From Promethearchaeia archaeon (GTDB lineage Archaea; Asgardarchaeota; Lokiarchaeia; Sigyniarchaeales; SOKP01): DNA of 64,000 nt. Positions 1-11,042 of this stretch are shown here, piece after piece (the first letter of the stretch is position 1; the number at the start of each line of letters is the position of its first letter). Under the pieces are notes generated by a model. That model did no database searches. It saw nothing but the letters and a program-made list of their open reading frames with translations, and had not been told where the DNA came from. The position numbers and the translations under genes are program-made. The stretch spans positions 96,001 to 160,000 of the forward strand of contig JAHQWL010000040.1 in NCBI GenBank assembly GCA_029856155.1. Reading direction: 5' to 3'.

Positions 1-291
1 TGCTTGTTTTGGATCTAAAAGAATAATACATTTCTTAAGATTTGGAGAATATAATTTTGCACCTTTTATATGACAAGATAATTCTTCATTTTTTGGATGG
101 TTAATCTTTAAGAAATCAAAAATTTCATTTCCTACAGCATCACCGCATATTTTATCTCCAATATCTCCTCTTTGTTTTCTATCTATTAAACATACATTTA
201 AACCCTTCTTTGCGGTAAATCTTGCGGCGCTGGTTCCGCCTGTACCAGCTCCGACTATTATAACATCAAAGGATTTTTCTATGTTTTCCAT
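1..291 (-). CDS. Geranylgeranyl reductase-family FAD-dependent oxidoreductase, N-terminal part (runs off window start)
   Basis: Manual translation MENIEKSFDVIIVGAGTGGTSAARFTAKKGLNVCLIDRK...DKICGDAVG; GxGxxG FAD motif and KxCGD motif typical of the GGR family. Confidence 0.8.
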   Translation of the reverse strand, partial: MENIEKSFDVIIVGAGTGGTSAARFTAKKGLNVCLIDRKQRGDIGDKICGDAVGNEIFDFLKINHPKNEELSCHIKGAKLYSPNLKKCIILLDPKQA

Positions 292-349
292 AATAAAGGA
301 TCTTATATTGTTAATTAATTTTTGAGTTAAAATAAAAGATTTTTTGATG

Positions 350-1099
350 TTAGAGTAAAGTTAAAAGGTATATGATTAAAGTGCTACCTATGGGAACTGT
401 TAAATCATCATATGTACTCGGAGAAATTAGTTCGATTATGGTTGCAATTGCACTGGTAATTAATGAATATACTAGTATAGTAGGTAAATTCAAAGGGTCT
501 TGAAAAGTAGGGATTAGCAAGCCAAATAGGTAAAACGAGAGAAAACATAACAGATATGCAGTCCCAAAGAAAGTTAAACTTCCTTCTAAGGTTCTTTTTG
601 AATTAGTATATTTAAGACACAAACTTATCTTTCCCCAACGTTTTCCTATTATTGAAGCTAAAGTATCAGCAACTATCATTATCAATACTCCTGCGATTGG
701 AAAATAAAATTGATCTGAAGCGAAAATTCCAAAAATAAATACTAATAATGTAATAGAAATACAATAAAAAAAGGGACCTTGAAGAAAAGCTCTCTTTAAA
801 CCATTTTCTTGTTCTTCAGAAATTGCATCATATAAATCTTTTAGTTGTTTTACTTTTGATTCTTTTGAGCTAAAATATACTAATATAGTTAAAATACCGG
901 CTATAATGGTTGACCAAAACGGCCAAAAATAAAACGGTGAGCTTAATATTGCTAAACCAGCAAACATATGGACGGACTTACGTGCTGAGAATTTTGAGAT
1001 TTTTTCCTTTTTGTATAATATCAGAGGTATAAAAATCGCTAAAATCACATAAAAGAAGGTAATTCCAACAATTCCAAGATCAGTGAGAATCCAATTCAT
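350..1099 (-). CDS. Phytol/dolichol kinase-like polyprenol kinase (CTP-dependent) membrane protein
   Basis: RKSVHM, DTLASIIGKRWGK, KRTLEGS and DDLTVP motifs; multiple TM segments. Confidence 0.8.
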   Translation of the reverse strand: MNWILTDLGIVGITFFYVILAIFIPLILYKKEKISKFSARKSVHMFAGLAILSSPFYFWPFWSTIIAGILTILVYFSSKESKVKQLKDLYDAISEEQENGLKRAFLQGPFFYCISITLLVFIFGIFASDQFYFPIAGVLIMIVADTLASIIGKRWGKISLCLKYTNSKRTLEGSLTFFGTAYLLCFLSFYLFGLLIPTFQDPLNLPTILVYSLITSAIATIIELISPSTYDDLTVPIGSTLIIYLLTLL

Positions 1100-1254
1100 T
1101 TTAGTATCATTTTGTTTAATTAATAAACCAAAAAAGTATTCTTACTTTAAAGACTTTTTTACCACGTAAGATTTTATTACAAATAAGAATATGAAAGTTC
1201 TTATATTGAAGGGAATTTATTATAAATCAATAATTACTATTATATCTTCTAAAA

Positions 1255-3921
1255 ATGTCGAAGAAATCATTTGGTTCTGGTTATTTTGGTCAATGGTTTT
1301 ATGATGATTTTGGATTACCAGCATACCGATATACTTGCGATCAAATCAATGACCATAAAGCGATCACACCGATGAATGAAGTGTGGCATGCTAAAACTGA
1401 TCATTGGCACCAAGTAGGGAACGATCGATTAGTTGCCGTGGCATCTAATTATGGTCATCTTCAGGTCAGACAAGATGAGGGAGGTCCTAAGTTTCTCAAT
1501 GTTTATGATCCTGAATATAGACATTATGCGGGAGGATTTGGGTACTTAACAGATGGAAATAATGTTATTTCTACTTTTTATTCTAAGCGGTATTCATTGT
1601 TTGAACGAATATTTGGAATAGGATACTACCAAAAAATAGTCGAGGATAAAGGATATAAAGCAGATCAAGTGATTTTTGCTCCATTTGGGAATGATCCAAT
1701 ACTAATTTCACAAATTACAATAACTAACAAACGTGAAATAGCTGTGGATTTGGAATGGATTGAATATTGGGGTTGTTTCATGTATCAATTTTCATTATTA
1801 TCTTTTGGTAGAGGTTTGCAAGTAAAAGATCAATCGTTCACGAGGAAACTCCGAAGAGATTTTAATAAAAAATTTAAAAATAAATTTCAAATTGTAGAGA
1901 ATAATATAGGATTGTTGGTAACTAGATACACCGACTCTGGAGTTAATAAAACGGATTATAAAACTAAAACTAAAAAGCCTACGTTCGATGATAATCACCC
2001 ACCTTCAACCTTTCTAATTTCCCTTGATGCGGTTGCAGATGGTTTAAGCACGAATGAATCCTTATTTTTTGGGAATAATAACATAGAATCCCCCAATGGT
2101 ATTTTTTCAACATTTAAATCCAAATTATCTATCCTAGATAATGAAAATGCAATGTTTATTAAACGAAAAATTCACTTAGAACCTTCAGAGAGTCAAACAT
2201 TGTATTTTGCATACGGTTATCTTCCAGACGACTTCGACCTAAATTTACTTTTGAATAAATATAAAACAGATATTTTTCATTTATGGAGAAAATCTAGCGA
2301 AGCTTGGAAAGAAAAACGTATGCAATTAAATGTTCCGGAAGATCCTTGGATAATTAGAGAAATTATATGGCATAATTATTATTTACGAAGTGCAATGACT
2401 TACGATAGTTTCTTTCAAGAACACATCCTTTCACAAGGATTAATATATCAGTATATTATGGGTTTTCAAGGTGCTGTTCGTGATCCGCTCCAGCATGCTA
2501 AACCATTTCTATTCATTGAACCAAATATTGTAAAAGAAATTCTTAGATATACGATGAAGGAAGTAAAGGAGGATGGAGAATTACCTTATAGTATAACTGG
2601 TTTTGGTATGGCATTTGATCCAATCAAATCAAGTGATTTTGAATTATGGCTTTTATTGTTAGCTAGTGAATACATTCTTGTGACTCGAGATGTAAATTTT
2701 CTTAATGAGGAAATACCAACATACCCTCTTTATGGTAGAAAAGCTGGAAGGTCAACAGTGCGAGAATTATTATATAGATGTTATAAACATTTTACAGAAA
2801 TTACTGGAACTGGTCCACATGGAATTCAACGATTATCAGTTGGAGATTGGAATGATACGATTTTGTTAGGTTTAGTACCTAATGAAAAATTAGATGAAGT
2901 TCGAAAAAATGGAGAGAGTATTTTAAATTCAGCTATGGCTACTTATACTCTTAGACGATATGCTGAAATATTGAATTTAAGTGGTGAAAGTGATACAGCA
3001 GAACAAATTCTAAAATATGTTAAAAAACAGATAGAAGCCGTTCGTGCTCAATGGACTGGTAAGTGGTTTAAACGAGCTTGGTTAACAGAAGATATCGGAT
3101 GGTTTGGAGAAGATCAGATATGGTTAGAGCCCCAACCTTGGACAATTTTAGGAGAAATTACAGATCAAGAACAAGCAGAAATTTTAATTAAATCTATAAA
3201 TCAACTCTTAAGAGAATCATCACCAATTGGTGCTATGCTCCATAATAGGGGTTTTAAAGGTAAAATCATAGGTATGGGAGCAAATGCAGGGATCTGGTAT
3301 TCTATAAATGGTACATTGATATGGGCTTTGTCTAAAGTAGATGGAGATATGGCTTGGGAGGAGTGGAAAAAAAATACTCTAGCTTATCATGCTGACAGTT
3401 ATCCAGATATATGGTATGGGATATGGAGTGGACCAGATACATATAATTCTATATTATCTAAATACCCAGGTCACGTTGTGTTTAACCCATTTTACCTCAC
3501 AGGAGATATTAAAGATGAATCAGAAATTCTTACATCAACGGGTTTAAATTTCACAGATTTTCCAATTATGAACCTCCATAGTCATGCATGGCCATTATAT
3601 AATACAATACATTTAATTGGTGCTGTATTCAATGTTGAAGGTATAGAGTTTACACCTATTATACCTAAAGAAGAATATGAATTTTCATCTCCGTTATTAG
3701 GATTTAAAAAATCACGTGATGGATATTCTGGTTGGTACGCACCCTTAGTTGAAGGGAATTGGAAAATTTCCCTGATAGTAGATAAAGATGAATTAAAAGA
3801 ATTTAGAAATATTGAAATTAACGGTAAAGAAGTAGAATTACTTATTGAGAATGATAAATTAGTATTATTTGGTAGAACTGCTCCAAATAATCCATTAAAT
3901 TGGATAATTAACAAATATTAA
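1255..3921 (+). CDS. GH94-like glycoside phosphorylase/hydrolase (cellobiose phosphorylase-related)
   Basis: 888 aa; RDPLQH, GPHG...GDWND and WLEPQPW motifs resembling the GH94 catalytic domain. Confidence 0.65.
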   Translation: MSKKSFGSGYFGQWFYDDFGLPAYRYTCDQINDHKAITPMNEVWHAKTDHWHQVGNDRLVAVASNYGHLQVRQDEGGPKFLNVYDPEYRHYAGGFGYLTDGNNVISTFYSKRYSLFERIFGIGYYQKIVEDKGYKADQVIFAPFGNDPILISQITITNKREIAVDLEWIEYWGCFMYQFSLLSFGRGLQVKDQSFTRKLRRDFNKKFKNKFQIVENNIGLLVTRYTDSGVNKTDYKTKTKKPTFDDNHPPSTFLISLDAVADGLSTNESLFFGNNNIESPNGIFSTFKSKLSILDNENAMFIKRKIHLEPSESQTLYFAYGYLPDDFDLNLLLNKYKTDIFHLWRKSSEAWKEKRMQLNVPEDPWIIREIIWHNYYLRSAMTYDSFFQEHILSQGLIYQYIMGFQGAVRDPLQHAKPFLFIEPNIVKEILRYTMKEVKEDGELPYSITGFGMAFDPIKSSDFELWLLLLASEYILVTRDVNFLNEEIPTYPLYGRKAGRSTVRELLYRCYKHFTEITGTGPHGIQRLSVGDWNDTILLGLVPNEKLDEVRKNGESILNSAMATYTLRRYAEILNLSGESDTAEQILKYVKKQIEAVRAQWTGKWFKRAWLTEDIGWFGEDQIWLEPQPWTILGEITDQEQAEILIKSINQLLRESSPIGAMLHNRGFKGKIIGMGANAGIWYSINGTLIWALSKVDGDMAWEEWKKNTLAYHADSYPDIWYGIWSGPDTYNSILSKYPGHVVFNPFYLTGDIKDESEILTSTGLNFTDFPIMNLHSHAWPLYNTIHLIGAVFNVEGIEFTPIIPKEEYEFSSPLLGFKKSRDGYSGWYAPLVEGNWKISLIVDKDELKEFRNIEINGKEVELLIENDKLVLFGRTAPNNPLNWIINKY

Positions 3922-3925
3922 ATTG

Positions 3926-5149
3926 TTATCTCAAACAACAATTTTTATATTTTTTTCCACTCCCACAAGGACATGGTGAATTACGACCAATTTTTTTTAA
4001 ATTAACTTGGATATTTGAATTAATTTTATTCCTTCTTTTTATTTTATCAGCAATTATTTTAAATCGCGGTAAAGTATACGTATAGAATCTTTTCCATCCT
4101 TTACATAAGTTACTTAAAGGATTTGAATCCATAGAGCTTCCAATACGGAATTTCTGGCAATCACCATGGCATAAACTAATGAAAGGACAAGAATTACAAT
4201 TTTCATGCCAGTTAGCTTTTTCTCGTCCGAATTTATGATAAATTGGAGATTTTAAAATATCTTCCCATTTATCATGAAGAACATTTCCTAATAATAGATC
4301 CTCACGAACAAAAAAATCACATGGATAAACACTTCCATCGTACTCAATTACAAAATATTGGGAACAATTTTTACCCATATAACATACGTTATAGCGTCCA
4401 TACACTAAATATTCCAATATTGAATCAAAAAGTCGAATAGAAATTTTATTTATATCTTCTTTTATCCATTGATCAAATAGATCACAAAGAAAATTTCCCC
4501 ATTCTTCTCCTGTTACTGAAAAGGATTCCGGAATATTTCTTTCATTATATTCAACACATGGGATATATTGATGATAATAAAAACCTTGTTCTTTTAGATA
4601 ATGATAAATTTCATTCGCTTTTTTTACATTTTCATTGTTCACAAGAATTAAAATGTTGAATTCTACCTTATTCTCTCTCAAATACTCAATACCACGTATA
4701 ACTAAGTGATGAGTGGGATTTTTACCTATAGTTTTTCTATAGTAATCATGTATATAAGCAGGTCCGTCAAGACTTACTCCAATTAGAAATTTATATTCTC
4801 CAAGAAATCGCGAAAAATCATCAGTAATAAGAGTACCATTTGTCTGTAGCCCATTACTTATGACAGCTCCAGAAGGAGCATAAAGTTTTTGAAATTCTAC
4901 CGCTTTTTGAAAGAATTTTAGCCCCATTATCATCGGTTCCCCTCCTTGCCACCCAAAAGCATAATTATTATTTTGATTTGTCTTCATATAGCTTGCAATC
5001 ATTTTTTCTAATACCTCATTTGACATTCGAGGTGTGCCGTTAATCTTTTCAAGGTGATCTATATAGAAACAGTACTTACATCTTAGATTACAATCGGCTG
5101 AGGCTGGTTTTATCAATAATGAAAAAGTCTTCATTTTCTTATAAATCAA
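3926..5149 (-). CDS. Anaerobic sulfatase maturase (radical SAM/SPASM) with C-terminal SEC-C motif
   Basis: KPASADCNLRCKYCFY, WQGGEP, YPCDFFV, SPASM cysteines, GRNSPCPCGSGKKYKNCC. Confidence 0.92.
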   Translation of the reverse strand: MIYKKMKTFSLLIKPASADCNLRCKYCFYIDHLEKINGTPRMSNEVLEKMIASYMKTNQNNNYAFGWQGGEPMIMGLKFFQKAVEFQKLYAPSGAVISNGLQTNGTLITDDFSRFLGEYKFLIGVSLDGPAYIHDYYRKTIGKNPTHHLVIRGIEYLRENKVEFNILILVNNENVKKANEIYHYLKEQGFYYHQYIPCVEYNERNIPESFSVTGEEWGNFLCDLFDQWIKEDINKISIRLFDSILEYLVYGRYNVCYMGKNCSQYFVIEYDGSVYPCDFFVREDLLLGNVLHDKWEDILKSPIYHKFGREKANWHENCNSCPFISLCHGDCQKFRIGSSMDSNPLSNLCKGWKRFYTYTLPRFKIIADKIKRRNKINSNIQVNLKKIGRNSPCPCGSGKKYKNCCLR

Positions 5150-5300
5150 TTTTTTTATTTTTTTGTCTAAAACATATCAAAATAGCTTTTATCTGCAATT
5201 AATTTCTAATTTTAATACTCAAAGCAAATTAAGGATAATTCTTATAATTATTTTACATGATTAAACATTAATAGATTTATCAAATAGATATCGTATTATC

Positions 5301-6728
5301 ATGAAAATTTTTTTAATAATATTTGATACATTGAGGAAAGATCATACTGGAAGGACTTATGGAAATGAATGGATAAAAACCCCAAATTTTGATGAATTTG
5401 CTAAAGATTGCATTATATTTGATAAAGCTTATCCTGAATCATTACCAACAATACCTGTACGTAGAGCTATTCATACTGGAATTCGTACTTTCCCGTTTAA
5501 CCATCAGAGACCAAAACTTCGAACTGATGATATAGTTAAGGCTCCAGGATGGCATCCAATCCCTCCTCAACAGAAACATCTTTCTGAGTACTTAAATAGT
5601 TTCGGATACAAAACGGCATTTATAACAAGCGCATATCATCAATTTAAACCTAATATGAATTTTCATCTAGGGTATGATCAATGGAATTGGATTAGAGGTC
5701 ATGAAAACGATAAATTTAGGGCAATTTTAAGGAAAGGTAAATCTGAACTTAATCAGATGATGAAAGAACATACTGTTAGTGGAGACCTTGCTGGTAGAGG
5801 GTATCAAAAACTTATATTAAATAGATATTTTCCAAATATTCAAAATAGAAAAACAGAAGAAAATTATTTTCCAGCTAAAACTTTTAAGAAGGCTATTGAA
5901 TTTATAAAAGACACTCAGGCAATTAATAAAACTTTTTGCTTAATTGATGAATTTGATCCACATGAACCTTGGGATCCTCCTCAAAAATACCTTGATCTTT
6001 ATGTGGATAAGAGTTACACTGGTAGAAAAGTAATTACGCCTGCTTATCGCCATGATATCGATTATCTTACTGAAGGAGAGTTAAAATATATGAGAGCTTG
6101 TTATGCGGGAGAAGTTTCGTTATGTGATGCGTGGTTTGGATATTTTATAAATGAATTAAAAAGTATGGAATTATATGAAGATTCTTTAATAATTTTTATC
6201 AGTGATCATGGACATTCCATCGGAGAACATAACGCAACAGGAAAGATCCCTTATTATTTGTATCCGGAATTGGTTGATATTCCTTTTATGATTAAACCAC
6301 CTCATGAGATTAATAAACCTAAAAGAATAAAAGAGCCATATGTTTATGATTTTGATATTTTACCTACAATCTTCGGTTTTTTAAATAAAGATAAACCCGA
6401 TATATTTGATGGAATAGATCTTTCAATATTTATTGAGGAAGATGATCAAGTTGTTGAAGATCGTAATTACATTACATGTGGTTTTCATGCTTGTACGTTA
6501 TATAAAGACGATAAATTTTCTTTTATTACTTCTAATAATAGATTATATCAACGACTCTTTGATTTATCAAAGGATCCGGAGTGGAATGTAAATATTGCTG
6601 AAGATAATCCTGAAATTTGCGAGAGAATATTTGATATAATCAAAAAAGATGCAAAGGGAGAGCTTCTCATAGAAGATAATACACAATTATTTGAAATGAA
6701 AGATTGGTACGAAATGAAGGAAGGATAA
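5301..6728 (+). CDS. Sulfatase-like alkaline phosphatase superfamily hydrolase
   Basis: DTLRKDH, TPNFD, PTIPVRRAIHTG, DPHEPWDPP, SDHG motifs; divergent from the maturase gene. Confidence 0.85.
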   Translation: MKIFLIIFDTLRKDHTGRTYGNEWIKTPNFDEFAKDCIIFDKAYPESLPTIPVRRAIHTGIRTFPFNHQRPKLRTDDIVKAPGWHPIPPQQKHLSEYLNSFGYKTAFITSAYHQFKPNMNFHLGYDQWNWIRGHENDKFRAILRKGKSELNQMMKEHTVSGDLAGRGYQKLILNRYFPNIQNRKTEENYFPAKTFKKAIEFIKDTQAINKTFCLIDEFDPHEPWDPPQKYLDLYVDKSYTGRKVITPAYRHDIDYLTEGELKYMRACYAGEVSLCDAWFGYFINELKSMELYEDSLIIFISDHGHSIGEHNATGKIPYYLYPELVDIPFMIKPPHEINKPKRIKEPYVYDFDILPTIFGFLNKDKPDIFDGIDLSIFIEEDDQVVEDRNYITCGFHACTLYKDDKFSFITSNNRLYQRLFDLSKDPEWNVNIAEDNPEICERIFDIIKKDAKGELLIEDNTQLFEMKDWYEMKEG

Positions 6729-6796
6729 AATAAAACAATTTCCTTTTATAGATGAATCTAATATATAATTAAATACAATTTGGAAATTTTGAGAAT

Positions 6797-8062
6797 ATGT
6801 TAAGGGTCGGAATAATTGGATGTGGCGATATCGCCAATTTGAATGTGTTAGGTTATCTTCATTCCCACGATACAGAAATTGTTGCCGTTTCTGATACTGA
6901 TATTAAGAAAGCTAGAAATAAATTAGAACAATGGAGCTTAAGAACGATAAAGATATATCCAGACTATCGAGAGATGGTTAACCAGGAAGATTTAGACATC
7001 GTAGAAATTTTAACTCCACATCATCTTCATGGAACTATGACAGAATATTGTGCGAAAGCAGGAATTAAAGGAATTTCAGTTCAAAAACCAATGGCTCATA
7101 CAATAACAGATTGTGAAAACATGGTAAGGGTCTGTGAAGAAGAGAGGGTGAAATTAAAGGTATATGAAAATTTTCGATTCTATCCAGTGTATTTAAGAGC
7201 AAAGGAATTGTTAAATAATGGAATTATTGGAGAATTGTTAAATTTTAGAATCAATTCAATTAATGCAGGAGGCCCTAGTATGCCAAGAGATCTTAAATCA
7301 ACTGGATGGCGTCAAAATTTTGAGATTTGTGGTGGAGGTCCATGGGTTTACGATGATGGTATTCATAAATTTTCAATGGCACTATGGTTAATGGGTCAAG
7401 AAAGAGTTGAAAAAGTTTATAGTTGGATTGATTATTTTGCAGCAGTTTTTGATGGACCTAGTTATATACTTTGGAGATATCCAAAAGGAAATGTTGATGA
7501 ACCTCCCAAATTTGGCATTTTTGAGATTACTATAGCTCCAAATCTATATTATCCTACCAACTATTATGTATGCGATGAATTTATTGAAATCTCTGGTACA
7601 AAAGGTTTAATGTGGATAAATCAATGTACTTGTGGAGGGAATTATGTTTCAAAAAGTCTCCAATTCCCTCCTATTATAGTATATACTAATGGAGAAGCAA
7701 AAACATATGGGAATGACCTTCCAAGAGATTGGAGATATTCTTTTATAAATTCAACTGAACATTTTATTGAAGTAATGAAGAGTGGAGGAAAACCAATTTA
7801 CAATGGAGAACAAGGAAAAAACCTATCAATTTTTGCTAAAATGGCACACCTCTCAGATCAGCAAAAAAGAGCTGTTTTTTGGGAAGAAATGACTTCTGAA
7901 AATGAGAAAGACCGTTCCTGCTTAGTTGAGGCACCTAAAGATATTAATGGAGCGGGATTACATAAATATTTTATGAGGATTAGAAAGGATTTCAAAAAAG
8001 GCATAAAAGAAGGTTTAATTCATAAGGAATTGAAATATGATAAGGATTTATTATTAGAATAA
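6797..8062 (+). CDS. Gfo/Idh/MocA family oxidoreductase
   Basis: GIIGCG Rossmann start, TPHHLH, QKPMA, DDGIH. Confidence 0.9.
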   Translation: MLRVGIIGCGDIANLNVLGYLHSHDTEIVAVSDTDIKKARNKLEQWSLRTIKIYPDYREMVNQEDLDIVEILTPHHLHGTMTEYCAKAGIKGISVQKPMAHTITDCENMVRVCEEERVKLKVYENFRFYPVYLRAKELLNNGIIGELLNFRINSINAGGPSMPRDLKSTGWRQNFEICGGGPWVYDDGIHKFSMALWLMGQERVEKVYSWIDYFAAVFDGPSYILWRYPKGNVDEPPKFGIFEITIAPNLYYPTNYYVCDEFIEISGTKGLMWINQCTCGGNYVSKSLQFPPIIVYTNGEAKTYGNDLPRDWRYSFINSTEHFIEVMKSGGKPIYNGEQGKNLSIFAKMAHLSDQQKRAVFWEEMTSENEKDRSCLVEAPKDINGAGLHKYFMRIRKDFKKGIKEGLIHKELKYDKDLLLE

Positions 8063-8066
8063 TTTT

Positions 8067-9167
8067 TTAATCAAGATATATCTCTTTCCCTTGCTCAACG
8101 GACTTAATAGCAGCTAGATTAAATTTTAATATAGATCTTGCTTGTTCACCAGAAAGTATTGGTTCTTTATTATTTTTTACTACATCTATAAAATAATTCG
8201 TTGCGTTAATAAAACTATGTTTCCAGTCTTTTTTGAAGTCCCTATAAGTTTCTACCTTACCATCTCTTATAACTACGATAGGAGGAAAGATTTCAGAATC
8301 TGACATCTTATTTCCTATTGAGGTACCTTGGTTTATCTTCAATATTCCACGACTAGCTATAATTTCAATAAATTCATCAACAGGATAGTATTTTGAACCC
8401 GAAAAATTCATCTCAGGCATTAACGCAAATTCCATATTACCATATTGAGGAACTACATGTTCTTTACTTTGCTTATATTTAAACATTACATAAGCGGGAG
8501 CATCTATACCTTGATAATTACCTGTCCATGCAAAAACTTTTTCAATTTCTTCTTCAAAAAACCACCATGCTAAAGAAAAAGCATGCCATCCATTATCGAA
8601 GAGAATTGGAGAACCATCAAGCCCTCCACCAATTTTTTTAGGGTCTTTTCTCCATATTTCTGCACCTTCTGGGATTTTCCAACCATCTTTAGCGCCTATT
8701 GCGGTCTTAATCCGAATTGATGAGGGATCACCAATGTAATCGTTATCTAATAATTCTTTTGCTTTCATTATATGAGGGGCAAAAACGAAATTCTCATAAA
8801 TCGAGAGAATTGATCCTGATTTTTTACATGCATTAATCATCTTATCAGCTTCTTCTAAAGTTAAAGCCATTGGTTTTTGAACAGAAATTCCTTTTATTCC
8901 TTTCTGAGCAGCATGAATAGTAGCATCAGCGTGGAGATAATGAGGCAAAAGTATTTCTATAATATCTAAATCCTCATCATCTATCATTTTCTTATAATCA
9001 GAATATATGGAAATATTAGAATCTAAATTGAATTTTTCTCTTTTTTGTTTAGCTTTTTCAATAGTCCTATTGCATAAACAAGTAATTTTTATATCCTCTC
9101 GATTTAAATATCCTAAAATATTTAGGTCAAAAATAACACCCGTTCCAATTAACCCAACTTTCAACAT
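8067..9167 (-). CDS. Gfo/Idh/MocA family oxidoreductase (paralog, convergent with the previous gene)
   Basis: GLIGTG, LPHYLH, QKPMA, DNGWH; visibly similar to 6797..8062. Confidence 0.9.
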   Translation of the reverse strand: MLKVGLIGTGVIFDLNILGYLNREDIKITCLCNRTIEKAKQKREKFNLDSNISIYSDYKKMIDDEDLDIIEILLPHYLHADATIHAAQKGIKGISVQKPMALTLEEADKMINACKKSGSILSIYENFVFAPHIMKAKELLDNDYIGDPSSIRIKTAIGAKDGWKIPEGAEIWRKDPKKIGGGLDGSPILFDNGWHAFSLAWWFFEEEIEKVFAWTGNYQGIDAPAYVMFKYKQSKEHVVPQYGNMEFALMPEMNFSGSKYYPVDEFIEIIASRGILKINQGTSIGNKMSDSEIFPPIVVIRDGKVETYRDFKKDWKHSFINATNYFIDVVKNNKEPILSGEQARSILKFNLAAIKSVEQGKEIYLD

Positions 9168-9257
9168 GAAATATTCAAAAGTAGAATAATTAATTAAATT
9201 TATAAAATTACTTTTAGTAAATATAGTTATCTAAAGCAGATTAAGAGGAAAACAATA

Positions 9258-10160
9258 TTGATAGAGGATTTATATGATTATCTCAATTTGTTTTTTGAAA
9301 CAAGTGAGCTCAATCGCCTTCATGAGAATTATGGAGGTGGAAAAATTTTCAATAATCCTTTAATAGGGATAGCTAAGGGAGACGATCCAATTTTTCAAAA
9401 ATTTAAAGAGGTTGTTGGACCTGAACACTTAACTCCTCTTGAGTTATGGTTAGCAGATGATCTAGAAATGATAGATGCTTCAAAGCTTCGAATTGTTTCG
9501 ATTGTTTTTCCTTATGTTGATAGAATCCGCAATGAAAGTAAAAATATAAAAAAGTTATCAAGAATATTACTTCCCGCTGAAATTTATTCTGTAGGAAGGA
9601 ACTATGCTAATTCTTTTAAACAAGAAACTTGTAGACAAATTATTGGATTTTTTAAAGAAAAAGGCTATAATGCTATAGCTGGGATGCTGAGTAAGTCATT
9701 TTCTATAATAGTAAAGGGAAATTTTTACTCAACGTGGTCAGAACGGCATATAGCATTTGCTGCAGGTTTAGGAACTTTTAGTTTACATGAAGGGTTAATT
9801 ACTGATGTTGGTTGCAACATCAGATTAGCTTCTGTTGTTACTGACACTCCACTCAAAATTACTCCAAGAAGGAGTGATAATCCTTACGGAAATTGTTTAT
9901 ATTATTCAAAAGGGATTTGTAGAGAATGTGAAGAGAGATGTCCCGCTAATGCTATCGATGAAAATGGGCATGACAAAATAAAATGTTATGAATATGGGCA
10001 AAAAGTAGCAAGAAAAATGATAGCAAAAATGGGGCAAATATTGAAACCACATATCCGTTGTGTGAATAGGAAATTAAGACCTCCTTCCTATCCAGTTGGA
10101 TGTGCATTTTGTCAATTTGGAGTTCCTTGTATGGATAAAAATCCAACAGCAGAAATGTGA
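9258..10160 (+). CDS. Epoxyqueuosine reductase/reductive dehalogenase-like cobalamin Fe-S protein
   Basis: WSERHIAFAAGLGTF, CxxCxxxCP and GCAFCQFGVPC motifs. Confidence 0.75.
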   Translation: MIEDLYDYLNLFFETSELNRLHENYGGGKIFNNPLIGIAKGDDPIFQKFKEVVGPEHLTPLELWLADDLEMIDASKLRIVSIVFPYVDRIRNESKNIKKLSRILLPAEIYSVGRNYANSFKQETCRQIIGFFKEKGYNAIAGMLSKSFSIIVKGNFYSTWSERHIAFAAGLGTFSLHEGLITDVGCNIRLASVVTDTPLKITPRRSDNPYGNCLYYSKGICRECEERCPANAIDENGHDKIKCYEYGQKVARKMIAKMGQILKPHIRCVNRKLRPPSYPVGCAFCQFGVPCMDKNPTAEM

Positions 10161-10197
10161 GTTATTCGATTTAAATTATAAATTTTTTAAATATATT

Positions 10198-10959
10198 ATG
10201 TTTAAACACGCAATTGTGAGAAAACCGGGGAAGAATTTTAAAGAGGGTATTACTTCTTCTAAATTAGGGAAACCAGACCTTGATTTGGCAATTCTTCAAC
10301 ATTCAAACTATATAAAAGCATTGAAGAAGTGTGGTTTGACTATTATTGAAATGGATGCTGACGAAAAATTTCCTGATTCCACTTTTGTCGAAGATACTGC
10401 TATTGTCAATACTGATGTCGCAGTAAGCACAAATTTAGGCGTATTAAGTAGAAAAGGTGAAGAATTAGAAATAAGAAGAATTTTAGAGAGATTTCATGAA
10501 AATATTGAGTGCATTAAAAATCCTGGAACACTTGAAGGTGGAGATATTTTAAAAGTAGGTAATCAATATTATATTGGCCTATCAAATCGAACAAATAAAG
10601 AAGGAGCGAGGCAATTAACAAAAATCTTGAAAAAACATGGATATTCATGCTTAACTGTGCAATTAGCCAAACTTCTTCATTTAAAATCTGGAATAGCTTA
10701 TATAGGAGATAATAATTTAATTGTATCAGGAGAACTTATTGACAATCCAATTTTCAAGGATTTCAATATTATTGAAGTCGATAAGGATGAGAGTTATGCA
10801 GCAAATTGTATAAGAGTGAATAACTATATTCTAATTGCTAAAGGCTTTCAGAAGTTAAAAAATTCAATATTAAATTTGCGATATAAAATAATTGAAATTA
10901 ATTTGTCAGAATTTAGAAAGATGGATGGAGGTCTTTCTTGTTTATCTATAAGATTTTAA
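10198..10959 (+). CDS. Dimethylarginine dimethylaminohydrolase (amidinotransferase family)
   Basis: FPDSTFVEDTA, LEGGD, HLKSG, EFRKMDGGLSCLS; start moved to ATG at 10198 (MFKHAIVR). Confidence 0.9.
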   Translation: MFKHAIVRKPGKNFKEGITSSKLGKPDLDLAILQHSNYIKALKKCGLTIIEMDADEKFPDSTFVEDTAIVNTDVAVSTNLGVLSRKGEELEIRRILERFHENIECIKNPGTLEGGDILKVGNQYYIGLSNRTNKEGARQLTKILKKHGYSCLTVQLAKLLHLKSGIAYIGDNNLIVSGELIDNPIFKDFNIIEVDKDESYAANCIRVNNYILIAKGFQKLKNSILNLRYKIIEINLSEFRKMDGGLSCLSIRF

Positions 10960-11042
10960 GAATATTTAATTAAGAGAAAATTACGTTTTCCAATTTTTAT
11001 CAATTAATTTTATATAATTTCTATTTGTAAGATAAATTAAAC

